A stretch of 64,000 bases of DNA from Octopus sinensis (taxonomy: Eukaryota), in NCBI RefSeq assembly GCF_006345805.1, contig NC_043004.1:4774001-4838000 (forward strand), read 5' to 3'. Position numbers and translations under genes: made by a program. The notes beneath the pieces were generated by a model, which was given only the letters and a program-made list of their open reading frames with translations, was not told where the DNA came from and did no database searches. Of this stretch, positions 1-12,135 are shown one piece after another; position 1 is the first letter of the stretch, and each line of letters begins with the position of its first letter.

Positions 1-407
1 TAGTTTGATACTATATTTCATGAGAAACACAGTTTGGGTTTTGGACCTATATAGATAAACATGTGTTTTGTCTTTGGAATATTTACTGTCTGGGTAAAAA
101 AAACTGAACAAAACCAGTGGTCCTATTTTAAGGTTACATATAGTTTCTCAAGGATTGTAGGTTAAAATGCCCAGTATGCACATGAATGATTATTACTATT
201 TTTAAATCTCACATTGTGAGATATTCAGCAACGGTACTATGTAGTAAAGATTGTTTGCCAACATAATATAGTAGTCCTGGTTTAGGACAAATGTTGCTGT
301 AATTTAGCCCCAGGAGACATCCTCTCCAGCTGGCTATACGACACGATCTGTGTCCTTATATTTTCGAACAAGGGAATCTAGCACCCCCACTCCGCTCAAA
401 GCAATAT

Positions 408-450
408 CTGTGTATCACGATTTCTGGGTTATTTCCCTTCATCAGCACAG
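408..450 (-). ncRNA. Minimal type I hammerhead ribozyme motif (Penelope-like-element type)
   Basis: Minus strand reads CTGTG CTGATGA A GGG-AAATAA-CCC A GAA A TCGTGA T A CACAG. Helix I is CTGTG/CACAG, the CUGAUGA and GAAA core is intact, and helix III is near-palindromic (ATCGTGAT). Predicted cleavage between plus positions 413 and 412. Confidence 0.8.
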
Positions 451-1583
451 AATAATTGTTTGACTAGAGATGGCGCTGCCAAATTCCCATTCAAAATATA
501 TAGTTTTCCAAGTGACAACTAGTCACTGATCTATGAATTAGAAAATTACTTAGAAAATGATTGTGTTAATATTTTACATAAACAGAGCATCATTTATTTT
601 GGGTGAGAAAGCCATTGTCATAACATGTAAACAAAAATGGTTCTTTCTTCATTCACTGACTCACACATGTGTGCACATATGCACACACATTGCAAAAACT
701 GGTGAGCAATGAAAACTCCAGCTGTGTGTAAAAGTTTGTACTAGTTGTTTATGCCATGTGTATGGTATCAAAAGCAATGTGAGGATCAGCAGTGAGTAAT
801 TCAACATTTGCAAGAGCACCGTCACAAACCTCTATGTTTTTCATTCTAGTAAAGTGAATTCAAAGTCTCTGTGGTGATGACGATGATGATGACTAAAACT
901 TTTCTCAGGAAACAGCAGGGGCCATAACCCACCCGGAATAGCACCAGGAATTTTGCCTTGATGGAAAGAAGTAAACAGGAAGTCAGTGGGGTTTGAAATT
1001 GTCTCTTCATATTTCTGATTTCAAACTGTGCGGAATGGGATTTTGACTTGTGTTTTTGCTAGAGAGTTGATCAAAATAACTACCAATCAATTACAGAGGT
1101 TAATTTGAATGACTGTCTAAGAAATCAGTATTTTAGAACTGGTGAGAAAACAATAGGTGTACTTGAGGTGTTCATACATGCAAGACAGAACCGTTACTTA
1201 TGTTTACGGCTATATCCAGCACACAATAATAACATGAAATTCAGTTGTTTGAAAATGAACCAATTTCTCTTGGAACTAGCAATAACAGACCTGTGGAGTG
1301 AAAGGGGTGTCATACTATGTAGCAAAAAGGAAATAAGATCTGAATACAGGTAACATGACCCCATGTTATTAAGATTTATTGAAAAGTACTTGCAGAAATC
1401 TACCACCGACTGAAGCCTTATAGTATTCAGTAATAAATCTTATTATTTTTAGTAGAAAATAGTAGAATTTTCATAGAAATGTAACATGAAGTTGGCTCTC
1501 CTGGATATGATCTATTTCTGAGTGTAACCAATGAGTATGTCTCTACATAGACACTCAAGTGGTTGTTACTTCTAGAAATAATA

Positions 1584-1844
1584 AAATAAAATAAATACGC
1601 CCTTTTTAAAGCCTAGCCAGGCTCATGGGCCCAGTTTCCCGGTTTCTATGGTGTATTTGTTCCCCAGGTGGATGGGATGCCAGTCCATCGCAGCGTTACT
1701 CATTTTTGCCAGCTGAGTGGACTGGAGCAATGTGAAATGAAGTGTTTTGCTCAAGAACACAACGCGTCACCCGGTCCAGGAATCGAAACCACAATCTTAC
1801 GATCATGATGCTGATACCCTAACCACTAAGCTACATGCCTCCAC
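1584..1844 (-). mobile_element. tRNA-headed SINE (family with V-domain-like GCGATGGACTGGCATCCC segment), full length, nested in an older repeat
   Basis: Minus strand begins GGAGGCATGTAGCTTAGTGGTTAGGG (A box) with B box GTTTCGATTCC. A 13-bp TSD tctagaaataata lies at 1571-1583 and 1845-1857. The flanks join into a repeat also seen uninterrupted at about 4981-5180. Family naming is from memory. Confidence 0.85.
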
Positions 1845-2089
1845 TCTAGAAATAATAGCCAAGTCTTTTCTCAAATAATATCTTCTATTTCAAGAAAATG
1901 AAAAGCACATCAGATAAAGTAGTTGTACATATTTCTGAAAAATAGAGCCTGGATGGTTTATGAGTAGAACTTATTTTGATTTTTATAGATCTGTTCAATC
2001 TGAGTTGGCTTGAAGCTAAATAGTAATTTGTTGCAAGGTGTTTTTTTCCCCCAAAGTATTCAATTAATTTTGCTACTCCACAATAAACA

Positions 2090-2956
2090 TAATAATTGTT
2101 TCTGCTTTAGGCACAAGGTCAGCATTTTTGAGGGGAGTGAGTTTGTCAGTAACATTGATCTACTTATACTTAATTGGTACTTTATTTAATTGATCCTGAT
2201 AGGATCAAAGATAAATTTGACCTCAGCAGGATTTGTTAAGAGCCAGAAGAAATGCCGCTAAGCATTTTGTCTGGTATGGCAATGATTCTGTCAGTTTGCC
2301 ACATTTAATAGTAACATTAACAACAATATTGGTTTCAAATTTTGGCACAAGGCTAACAATTTCAGGGGAGTGGGTAAGTTGATTCCTCCCACCCATCTGG
2401 GAATTATTTTATTGACCTTGAACAGATGAAAGGTAAAGTTGACCCTGATGACATTTAAACTCAGAACTTTAAGACAGATGAAATGCTGCTAAGCATTTTA
2501 TCTGCCATATTAAAAGAGTCTGCTAGCTCACTGCCTTTACAGTAGTAGTAGTAGTAGTAGTAGTAGTATAATAATAATAATAATAATAATAATTCTTTGA
2601 ACTATAGGCACAAGACCTGAAATTTTTTGGTGGGTGTGGGGTTTAGCTAATTTCATTGACTCCAGTGTTAAACTGGTACTTATTCAACCCTGAAAAGATG
2701 AATGGCCATGTTGACCAATAATAATGATAATAATAATAATAATAATAATCCTTTCTACTATAGGCACAAGGCCTGAAATTTGGGGAGAGGGATAATCGAT
2801 TGCTTCAACCTCAGTACTCAACTGGTACTTAATTTATTGATTCCGAAAGGATGAACGGTAAAGTTGACCTCGGCGCAATTTGAACTCAGAACTTAGCGAT
2901 GAGTGAAATAACACTAAGCATTTCGTCCAGCATGCTAACAATTCTGCCAGTTCACA
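2090..2956 (-). mobile_element. Head-to-tail cluster of about 4 copies of a tRNA-derived SINE (Meta/MESC-domain-like family)
   Basis: Repeated ggcacaagg...gaaagg..aagttgacc...aactcagaac...aagcattt...ctgccag blocks separated by (AAT)n/(AGT)n tracts; same family as 42475-42702. Confidence 0.8.
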
Positions 2957-4022
2957 ATAATAATAATAATAATAATTATAATCATAATAATAATAATAAT
3001 AATAATCATAATGATAGTAATAATAATAGATATATTTTCTTGAAAATTCAGTCTTGAAGCTGTCAAGACGTTTTGGATGATGCTTGCATTTTGATATTTT
3101 TTGTTTTTCACTTGTCAAATCTACGTCATTGACTTGAGAAACTTTTCATTCTATTCCCCCAGTACTTCTCCCTTGTGATCCAACAAATGTACTTCTTCCT
3201 GGTGTGTCTCATTAAGGTGTTTATTCTGTGACTAAGTCATGAGAGGCTTTAACCTCTTCACTTTTTATTTTTATTATTTTTATTTTTGTGTTTATACTTC
3301 AACTCTTCTGTCATGTAGTACATATAACAAAATTCATAACCTTACATATATTTCATATCAGCTACCTTATTCTTACTCAAGTTTTTATAAGGTAGTGGCT
3401 GTTGTTGTTTTATACCAGGTCAACTCTAATTGGGTAGACCTTTGTTCAAAAGGTATTTCAACCTTGAACATCCTGTTTACTTGCATAGCCATGAATACAT
3501 TGTCCAATCGGATTGGTATATGACTTAAAAGAATTTTACTTGCTATTTCTGGCAGGTTGAGTAAATGTTCAGAGGCTTCCCCATTGGCTGCTGTTGATAG
3601 GAAGATCATCTGACCCAGTTATGCTCATTAGAAATCTCAACAACAGAATGACTTAGCTTTTGTGTTGGTGACGATCTCCAGCTCTAAGATTTCTTACATA
3701 ACTTGTTGCATAATAAATAGACTGGGGGTGGGGCATTGTTATTCAGTGTCCTCTTCACGCCACAACACAGTACACAGTGTTGTATATAAACTCATGACTC
3801 TTCAATCACTTCATCATCATTATGTATCGTATTGATGACACGACAATGAAAATCTTCTCAGTTAAGTGCGAGTTCCCCATCTCCCTTGCCACTCTTGTCC
3901 AACCAACTCTTGATCTTGTCTGTCCATTGCGTTCTTTGCTTGCCTCTTGATCTTCTACCCTCTATGTTTCTTTTGATGGTTATGTTTTCCAGACTTCTGC
4001 TTCTTCAGATATGGCCATAATA

Positions 4023-4333
4023 CAGTTCTATATTTAAGAGATGAGGAATTATGTACATTATTTACTCTACGCCATATGCTCACAGGCATATGTTGTAGTG
4101 GTTAAGAGTGCAGGCTACTAACCCCAAGATTCCAAGTTCGATTCCAAGCAGTGACCTGAATAATAATAAATAATAATAATAATAAATAATAACAATATCA
4201 AAAAATACCTTAGGAATGAGAACCAAGGTTCGAAATTTCCCCAAGACACCTGATGACGGCTGGAGGGTATATCAGCCGAAACGTTGTGTTAACAACAAAC
4301 AAGATGAGGACAAATATCCGTCAAATGTAAATA
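4023..4333 (+). mobile_element. tRNA-headed short retroposon carrying a hammerhead motif, with 12-bp TSD and inverted terminal segment
   Basis: TSD atggccataata at 4011-4022 and 4334-4345. A-box-like TGTAGTGGTTAAG near 4094, B box GTTCGATTCC at 4136-4145, (AAT)n at about 4159-4198, hammerhead at 4245-4290. Confidence 0.8.
4245..4290 (+). ncRNA. Minimal type I hammerhead ribozyme motif
   Basis: GACAC CTGATGA C GGCTG-GAGGGTATAT-CAGCC GAA A CG T T GTGTT. Helix I is GACAC/GTGTT (one G-U), helix II has 5 bp, and helix III is the palindrome ACGT. The NUH triplet is GUU, with predicted cleavage at 4285/4286. Confidence 0.85.
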
Positions 4334-4841
4334 ATGGCCATAATAGATGAGCTTTTGATTTTTCACAATCACTTAAACCACTTTTTATGATGCACACGCA
4401 TGTGTACACACACACACGCAAACACATTTCTTCAAGGCCTTGCAACATTGAATATTTTGTGTGGATTTTTGCATAAATATACATGCCCATATACATCTAA
4501 TGTACACACACACACATTCACTGACTCTTACACCCACACTAGGAGTAAACCTTGAGGTCAAATCCATTGGAATCTCTAAGGTAGTTCAGTACAGTACAAA
4601 GAACACTTTTCCGGTAACACTGGGGACCAAGTTGTATAGGTACTGCTTCATATTTTCCCTTGGGCTACTCCAGCTTAGGAAGGGATCTGCTGCATGAGTA
4701 ACAGTTACTCCCTAACACACTCGAAACTCAGACATGCACTCTGGAGAGATGCTTATTGTGAGTAGATTCTTAGCCTTCTGATACTGGAGTATGCTATATC
4801 TATATCTACTGTCTGTATGTAAGTATGTGTGTGTTTGTGTA

Positions 4842-4892
<51 letters not shown>

Positions 4893-5356
4893 AACATTAT
4901 TAATCAACATCACAGAACTGATGAATTAATATTCTGTATAAGTATTATTTCTCCCTTTCAAATCTAAAACGACTTTTGATTGTAACCAATGAAAGAGTCT
5001 TTACAAAGTCACTCGACCTACTAGAAATAGCAGCCAAATCTCTTCTCAAATCACATTCTCTATCTCAAGAAAATGAAAGACACATCAGAAAAAAATAGTT
5101 GTACAGATATTGTATCTGAAAAAGGAGTAGCACTTATTTTGATTTTTATAGGTCTTTTCTATCTGAGTTAAAACAACAATTTTAAACTAACGCTAAGAGA
5201 AAGGAAATTACACAGGTGCAACAAGAGAATCATTATGATTTCGATTTAGTCTGATCCCATTCAACTTGTGCCTTGTTTAAACTATGTTCTCATCCTCTCT
5301 CTCTTTCTAGATTCTATAAACCCCAAATGAATGCAACTTGTCTAGAAGGCTTTTAA

Positions 5357-5552
5357 CCCTTTAGCATTCAGATTTTTCTGTCAAGTGTAACACTTTCTTA
5401 TTCATATTGTTTTGAATTAATCATGCATTATCTTGTAGCTTGGAGATTTCGCTGATGTGATTGTTTATTTTTAGAATGACATTGTAGGGTATGTTTGAGA
5501 GGCCAAGTCTGCCCAGTTTGGGCTAGATATGGTTGGTTTGAATGTTAAAAAA
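5357..5552 (+). mobile_element. piggyBac-type MITE (TTAA-CCCTTTAGCA family), degraded right end
   Basis: TTAA at 5353-5356 followed by CCCTTTAGCATTCAGA; the right end gaatgttaaaaaagttat is a decayed form of GAATGCTAAAGGG-TTAA. Confidence 0.65.
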
Positions 5553-6239
5553 GTTATATTGAATATGAACTAATACAGTGTAGAGGGAAGCATTAGCCCT
5601 GCCTCACTGAATTTCTCTAGTGTTGGTGGCTCGATAAAACAACCCAGTCCATGCACAATGAGCATGAGCATCCAGCTATGAAAAATCATGGCCTACACCA
5701 CATCAAAGATTGGTAGTTTTCGTTTGTTCTGTATTTCAAATGACTAAGGATTGTGACACAGTGGCACAATGCTAGACTTGAACAAACCTATCCAACCTAT
5801 GCCAGAATGGAAAACTGATATAAAATCATCACCATCATCATGATCATGATCATTATGATCATCATCTGACATTGGTTTTCTATGCTGGCATGATGATATA
5901 TTTGTTGGCTGGACAAATCATATCTAATCTTGTGTGATCCTTTTCCTTTGGGTTACATTCATTGAATTATATTCGATCAAAAGATAATGTTTCAGTATAC
6001 TGATGTAGGTTTTTAATCTATCTAGAATCAAGTCTTTTTTCTCTTTTCTTTTTTGTTGTTGTTGTTGTGTGTGCATCAGAATTGCTTCAAAGTCGGCAAC
6101 TTACTGATTGACTTAGTTGTGTGTTCTATATTATTGTTCTTCATCTTTGCTCTAAATGTCACCATTTAACCTTTACATTTGTGTGTGTATATATGCCTAT
6201 CAACATACGCACACATACATATTATACATACATTATACA

Positions 6240-6300
<61 letters not shown>

Positions 6301-6963
6301 CATCTTTTATATTAGCTTTGCTTTCTCTTATATATAGACGTTGGTATATTTATGTATGTTTATCTTTTTAGAATGTGTATGGTTAGATATACGAAAATGT
6401 GCATGCACACACACACACAAGTATGCACATTCATTGATGCCATGTAAGACAAAGAGAATTTAGTATTTAAAAGACTTCACATGATTTAATATTAAATCGC
6501 TATATCAGAAAATGAAAATATTTAATTTTTAACACACACACACACACACATACATTTGTATAAGAAACATGTTAAAAATAAGGGGTCATTACATTTTTTT
6601 CCCCTATTGGAACAAATTTGGCTTACAGCTGTTTCCAGTAGTCATTACAGGTTTATTACTGATAGGTTCACTCAACTTGTCTATTGATCAATTGAGGAAA
6701 ATTGAACAACCTCAAGAAAATTAATTTCCCAATATTTGTTCTACTCACACACACACATGCAATCTGTGATACACATATCCGCTTGAAAAGATATGCACAC
6801 AGCCATTGTAATATCAGGCTAGAATATTCCAGAACTATTTAAAGTATGATCAGAGAGATAGTAAAATGTACTTGTTTATCCACTATTAGATATCCTATAA
6901 ATGTGCCATAATAATCCTTTGTACAATGATAATTATTTCACTGATATCCATCTATGTCTGGAT

Positions 6964-7654
6964 CGGTGGCGGCTTGTGTATAGGAACTGCGGAACTGCAG
7001 CACCCCCTATTTCCACTCAGTATTGTCGGTAACATTCAATATAATGAGTCCTTCTTTTCTTTAATTCTTTCTTTATACTTGTACATTATATAATCCTTAA
7101 ACTTAATGTCAGTAGCCATCCCCTAGTTTATGGAAAAATACAAAAATCCTTGTATAGAACTGTGCGCTTCACAGTTCCAGCGATGTGGTGTTTGGCTGTT
7201 TTGCACAGCTTACATGTCCAAGATCGGAAGCTTCACACTAGGGAGAGAGAGCACTGCGTGAATGACAGTGCCAGGTGAAAGATAGTGTTTCTTTTTGACT
7301 CCTCGTGTGTTGTACTTAAAAACCTGTTCATATTCTTGAATGTGATATAGTGTAGAATTATATTATTATCCTGCTTCCAGCTTCAGTGTTGCTGCCAGGA
7401 TTTGAAAAATAGGGCATATTTCCCCACCTTATTTTGTGATTTAAAGGGGATTTTTGTAAAACAAGGGGGAATTTGTGGCAGTGTTCAAGGAATGAATTAA
7501 ACACACTACCTGGTAGTGGCTAAAACGTGAACTGATTAAGTTTTTGTATAAATTTTCTTTTTATATGTTTGTTTTGTTTTACACAATATTAAAACAACAA
7601 CCAAAAATTTTCTGAAGCAGCACCCCCACTAATTTTATCTACGAGCCGCTACTG
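6964..7654. mobile_element. Non-autonomous hAT-type DNA transposon (691 bp)
   Basis: Perfect 8-bp TSD gtctggat (6956-6963 and 7655-7662). Imperfect TIRs: CGGTGGCGGCTTGT versus reverse-complemented right end CAGTAGCGGCTCGT. Subterminal GCAGCACCCC at both ends. Confidence 0.8.
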
Positions 7655-8330
7655 GTCTGGATGTATGTGAACATGTTTTTCTATCTTTTATATACATATA
7701 CAAACACATGACTTATATCTGCAGTTGAGTTTCCATAGATGTGAAAGACACTTTCTCCCCCCTCACACACACACCTCTACCACTCTCTCAATTTCATATT
7801 TGATTTGCAAAATTTGTAATGTGAAAGTGTGTTGAAGCATTTATCATTATACTTTGGACAGGTCATTCTGCTAATAAAAGCACTCATACATATATATATA
7901 TATATATACGTGCTTGGCAAAAATAAATGACACTTAGCAACAATATACAAATAAATAACAAAGTCAAGAAGAAAAGCATAAATAATGCTTAGCAACATAC
8001 AAACAACACAAAAAGAATGGAGAAGGTCACATATGTGAAATGAAATTATTTTCAACCAACAAAACAAACAGGCTAATCAATCAATAACTTAATGGAGTAG
8101 TTAAAACTAGAGTCCACTATAACCGGTGCACATGTTTTATTGGTAGGATTGGTTCCCTCAAAGTATAACTGCATGCATGTATGCACACACAAGTGCGCAC
8201 ACACACAGTGTTTTGGAGCCAGAAACTGATTCATCAAAGTTTCCAGACACCAAACCTCACTTGTGAATCATTCGTCAACCAAAGGCTGTAGTAAGGGATA
8301 CAACCATACATTCATGCCCCAGAGCCTAGA

Positions 8331-8352
8331 CATATATATATATATAGGCATG

Positions 8353-8402
<50 letters not shown>

Positions 8403-8939
8403 TGTATGTATATATATATATATATATATATGCATGTATGTATATATATATATATATATGCATGTATGTATAATATATATATATATATATATATGCATGT
8501 ATGTATGTATATATATATATATATATATGCATGTATGTATATATATATATATATATATGCATGTATGTATGTATATATATATGCATGTATGTATATATAT
8601 ATATATATATATGCATGTATGTATATATATATATATATGCATGTATGTATATATATATATATATGCATGTATATATATATATGCATGTATGTATATATAT
8701 ATATATGCATGTATGTATATATATATATATATGCATGTATATATATATATATGCATGTATGTATATATATATATATATGCATGTATGTATATGTATATAT
8801 ATATATATATATATGCATGTATGTATATATATATATATATATATGCATGTATATATATATATATATATATATATGCATGTATATATATATATATATATAT
8901 ATATGCATGTATATATATATATATATATATATATGCATG

Positions 8940-8970
<31 letters not shown>

Positions 8971-8996
8971 GCATGTATATATATATATATATATGC

Positions 8997-9039
<43 letters not shown>

Positions 9040-9068
9040 TGTATATATATATATATATATATATATGC

Positions 9069-9107
<39 letters not shown>

Positions 9108-9115
9108 TATGCATG

Positions 9116-9151
<36 letters not shown>

Positions 9152-9163
9152 TGTATGTATATA
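8331..9163. repeat. Compound microsatellite array (TA)n-TGCATG(TATG), about 830 bp
   Basis: Dozens of ATGCATGT(ATGT) cores separated by variable (TA)n; source of the six long YI/HI-repeat ORFs. Confidence 0.98.
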
Positions 9164-10314
9164 GATAAATTAAAAAATGGAGTTAAACACAGGTGTTATT
9201 CAAATCTTTATACTTCCAACATATAATGTTTCAAAGAAAGCATTGGTATTATCCCTGAGAGAATAAAATGGTTGGTATATATGTATATATATATATATCC
9301 ATTTAATATCCTCTTTCCCATGCTTGCATTGGCCAGAATGAATTCATTGAGTTAGATTTTCTATGGCCGAATGCCCTTCTTGTCACCAAACCTCACCTGT
9401 TTACCAAACAAAATAATACTTCCCATGACCAGGCATATTCTCGATGGAAGATAGAAAACAAACAATATGTTCATTTACAAGCAGCACGGGAAGATGAGAG
9501 TGTGTGTGTGCACCCCCCCCCTACTTCTCCACATATTTCAATATTCTAGATTTTAAAATCTGTTAAGAAAGTGGAAATAGGGCTAACTAATTGTCTGCAC
9601 AGTTATAATAACTAATCAGTTATTTTTTTTGAAATGCTAACGTTATAGAGGAGGAAGTGTCATGTGCATGCTGGTCGTATTAAATCAGATAATCAGAATA
9701 GCTTTGATCATGTCCTTTGTTAATAGAATGATAACTTCTACAATCCTCAGATTTCCAAAATTTCTTTCCGTAGCCTTGACAGTAGCTGTGATCATGTGAT
9801 CATATGACATCTATCCAGATGTTTTTTTGAGAGAGGAGGCTTTTGTATAAATGCAATTTTTAATGTGGATATACTGCCCGCAAATAGTGCAACCAATGAG
9901 AGAGATCAACTGCATTGATTACAAATTTTAAGGTATATTATGTTGTCCCATGAACATAGGTCCACAATGTTCATGAGGCAGACAGAAACATGCAGACATT
10001 GTTGCTGTATGTAGGTTGTCTCTCAGATAGGTATTTTTTTCACAGAAGCTGCAGTGTATGCTTTCTGTATATTCTGTCACTCCCTCCAAAATTGCAGCAG
10101 TTATTCTATTCTATCATTAAAATGTGGCATTTTAAAATGTGAAATATTGGCTTTGATGTAAACCTTCTTTGGTTATTATATTATCAAGCTTTGTTGTTTT
10201 GCAAAGGATGCTGGGTAGTCATTGTCCATTAACTTCCTTTAGAACTTCTTGGTATTGACAGCTTTATCACCTACTTTACTGCATCTGTTATGTACATATA
10301 TTTCATTGTGTGTG

Positions 10315-10500
10315 TAAGGCAACAAGCTGGTAGAACCATTACCATGCCGGAAAAAAAATGCTTAGTGGCATTTCTTCCAATGTTATGTTCTGAGTTTAAA
10401 TGCCACCAGGGTCAATAAAATATGTACCAGTCAAGCACTGAGGTTGATTTACCCACTCCCTGAAATTGCTGGCCTTGTGCCAAAATCTGAAACCAATATC
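10315..10500 (+). mobile_element. Meta-like tRNA SINE copy, degraded
   Basis: aaggcaacaagctggtagaacc...ttctgagtttaaat...gggtcaataaaatatgtaccagt...gccttgtgccaaaatctgaaacc. Confidence 0.7.
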
Positions 10501-10978
10501 TCATTGTATGTAGGGTTGGATTTCTAGTGCATGGATAGATGCCTGTAAACAGCTCTTATAATGGAGCCTTTAATATTCAAATTACTCTGTCAAATGTAGT
10601 ACTTGCTTTTAGAGATTTCGATGATGAGATGGCCAGTTTCTAAATATTGTGGCCAGATATGGCCAGTTTGAATGCTGAAGAGTTAATGGACCTTTTTTCT
10701 GTGATTTTAAGTTAGAAATGAAGCAGGCTGTGAGATCCATTGTTGGAATGTTCCATTTGAAAGTCAGTGTGTTTATCAATGTAATTGAACATGTTAAAAT
10801 ATATACATATTAATTGCCTCTTCACAAGAAGTCCTTATTAGAACACCTGCTAAATATCTGGAAAAAAAAACTCCGGAATAGCAGCTGTTAAATCATTGTG
10901 TTGTCACCAGCTTACATATTTGTAATGATCATTAGACTTGATATACTTGATCCCAAAGTAGCCTCAGTGTCTATTTAA

Positions 10979-11193
10979 CACATTAGTATTTAAACTGGTC
11001 ATATCTTCCCAAATATTCAACCTGTTTTATGATCAATCTGGCCAGGTCAAGCTTCTCACACCAACCCTACAATATCATTCTGAAATATAAAGTTATCTTA
11101 TCAAAATCACAAAGCTAGAAGCTTATGCAAGATTCATTCAAAATGCGAATAAATAAGTGCTACTTTCGACAGAATAATGTGAAAGCTAAAGGG
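10979..11193. mobile_element. piggyBac-type MITE
   Basis: TTAA at 10975-10978 and 11194-11197; right TIR gctaaaggg; internal sequence matches 28471-28690. Confidence 0.7.
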
Positions 11194-11949
11194 TTAAATA
11201 TGATATCACCAAGTTGGAAATAGGTACAATATAGTGGTCATTAAGACATGAAACCAAAGCAGTAGAGTTGGTAAGAAGTGATGCGTTCTGTAATTAGGTT
11301 GATAGCTGGGAAAGCAGGTCCAGGTGTATAAAGGGAGATAACAAAAATATTGAAAAATAAATATTTTTTTCCCATCTTTTGCACAACCTATTTGCTCTTC
11401 AAATTTTAAAGAAAATTGTGTTTGTTTGTGTGTGTGTGTGAGGATATTCCCTGCAGTATATGTTCTGGCTATCTGCACTCTTTCTCTTAGTCAGATTTCC
11501 TTTTCACTCTTACATGTTTGATAAATAAATTAAGCATCCAGGGAGCTGGACTGATGGAATAGTTAGAGTTGGACAAGATGATTTGCAGCACTTTTTTGGT
11601 CTCTTCATATTTTGATAACCACATCTTAAATGACATTGGTGCCTTTGGAAGACATGTAACAGCTTGTCTTTGATTTAAAAAAAACAACAACAAAAAACTT
11701 TGCCTAGGCTTTTACAGGGAATTTTATAGGCACAGGTCTAAACTTAAAAAGAAATAATGGATGCCCCAGCTATGTAGCTTCTCTATACTAAGACACTTGC
11801 ACTTGTCCTTCTTTCATACTTGGGCCTCTCAACACCTGGCATAAAGCCAACCCCCCACCCCAGCTCTCAAATACCCTATTCCCCCATTTAGTCAAGTAGG
11901 GTGGGGGGTGCTTTTCTTTTTCCTTTTCCTGCTCTGCAAAGTTACTTGG

Positions 11950-12135
11950 CAACCTCACTAGTACCAGTGGCGCAAGAGAAGCACCCAGTACACAGTGTAC
12001 AGTGGTTGGTGCTAAGAAGGACATCCAGTTGTATAAACCATGCCAAAACTGACACAAGAGCTCACTGCCACCCGACTACTTGCCAGATCCTGTCAAACTG
12101 TCCAGTCCTTGCCAGCATGGAAAATGTTAAATGAT
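11950..12135 (+). mobile_element. 3' part of the (GAT)n-tailed short retroposon family (gtggttgg...aggaagggcatcc...gcatggaaaa)
   Basis: Shares the terminal block with 49522-50198, 52912-53180, 55115-55700 and 59745-59972. Confidence 0.7.

Larger units (their letters stand above)
3830..4370 (-). pseudogene. Decayed RTE-clade LINE ORF C-terminus, interrupted by the 4023-4333 insertion
   Basis: Removing the insert and one TSD copy restores the minus-strand frame VKNQKLIYYGHI*RSRSLENITIKRNIEGRRSRGKQRTQWTDKIKSWL, which resembles the RTE C-terminal K(L)xYFGH...EGxRxRGRxRxxW motif. Confidence 0.75.

Noticed and set aside
4086-4155. Possible tRNA gene (also other A/B-box hits)
   Set aside because: A and B boxes are present, but I found no complete cloverleaf or Pol III T-run terminator, and all hits lie in TSD-flanked or multicopy SINEs.
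4905-4935. Other CTGATGA occurrences (here, about 2445, 16780, 37390, 38320, 58610)
   Set aside because: No helix II followed by GAAA and no helix I, so not hammerheads.
8263-9226. Six overlapping 240-300 aa ORFs
   Set aside because: They are translations of the (TA)n-TGCATG microsatellite (YIYI/HIYI repeats), open in all frames.
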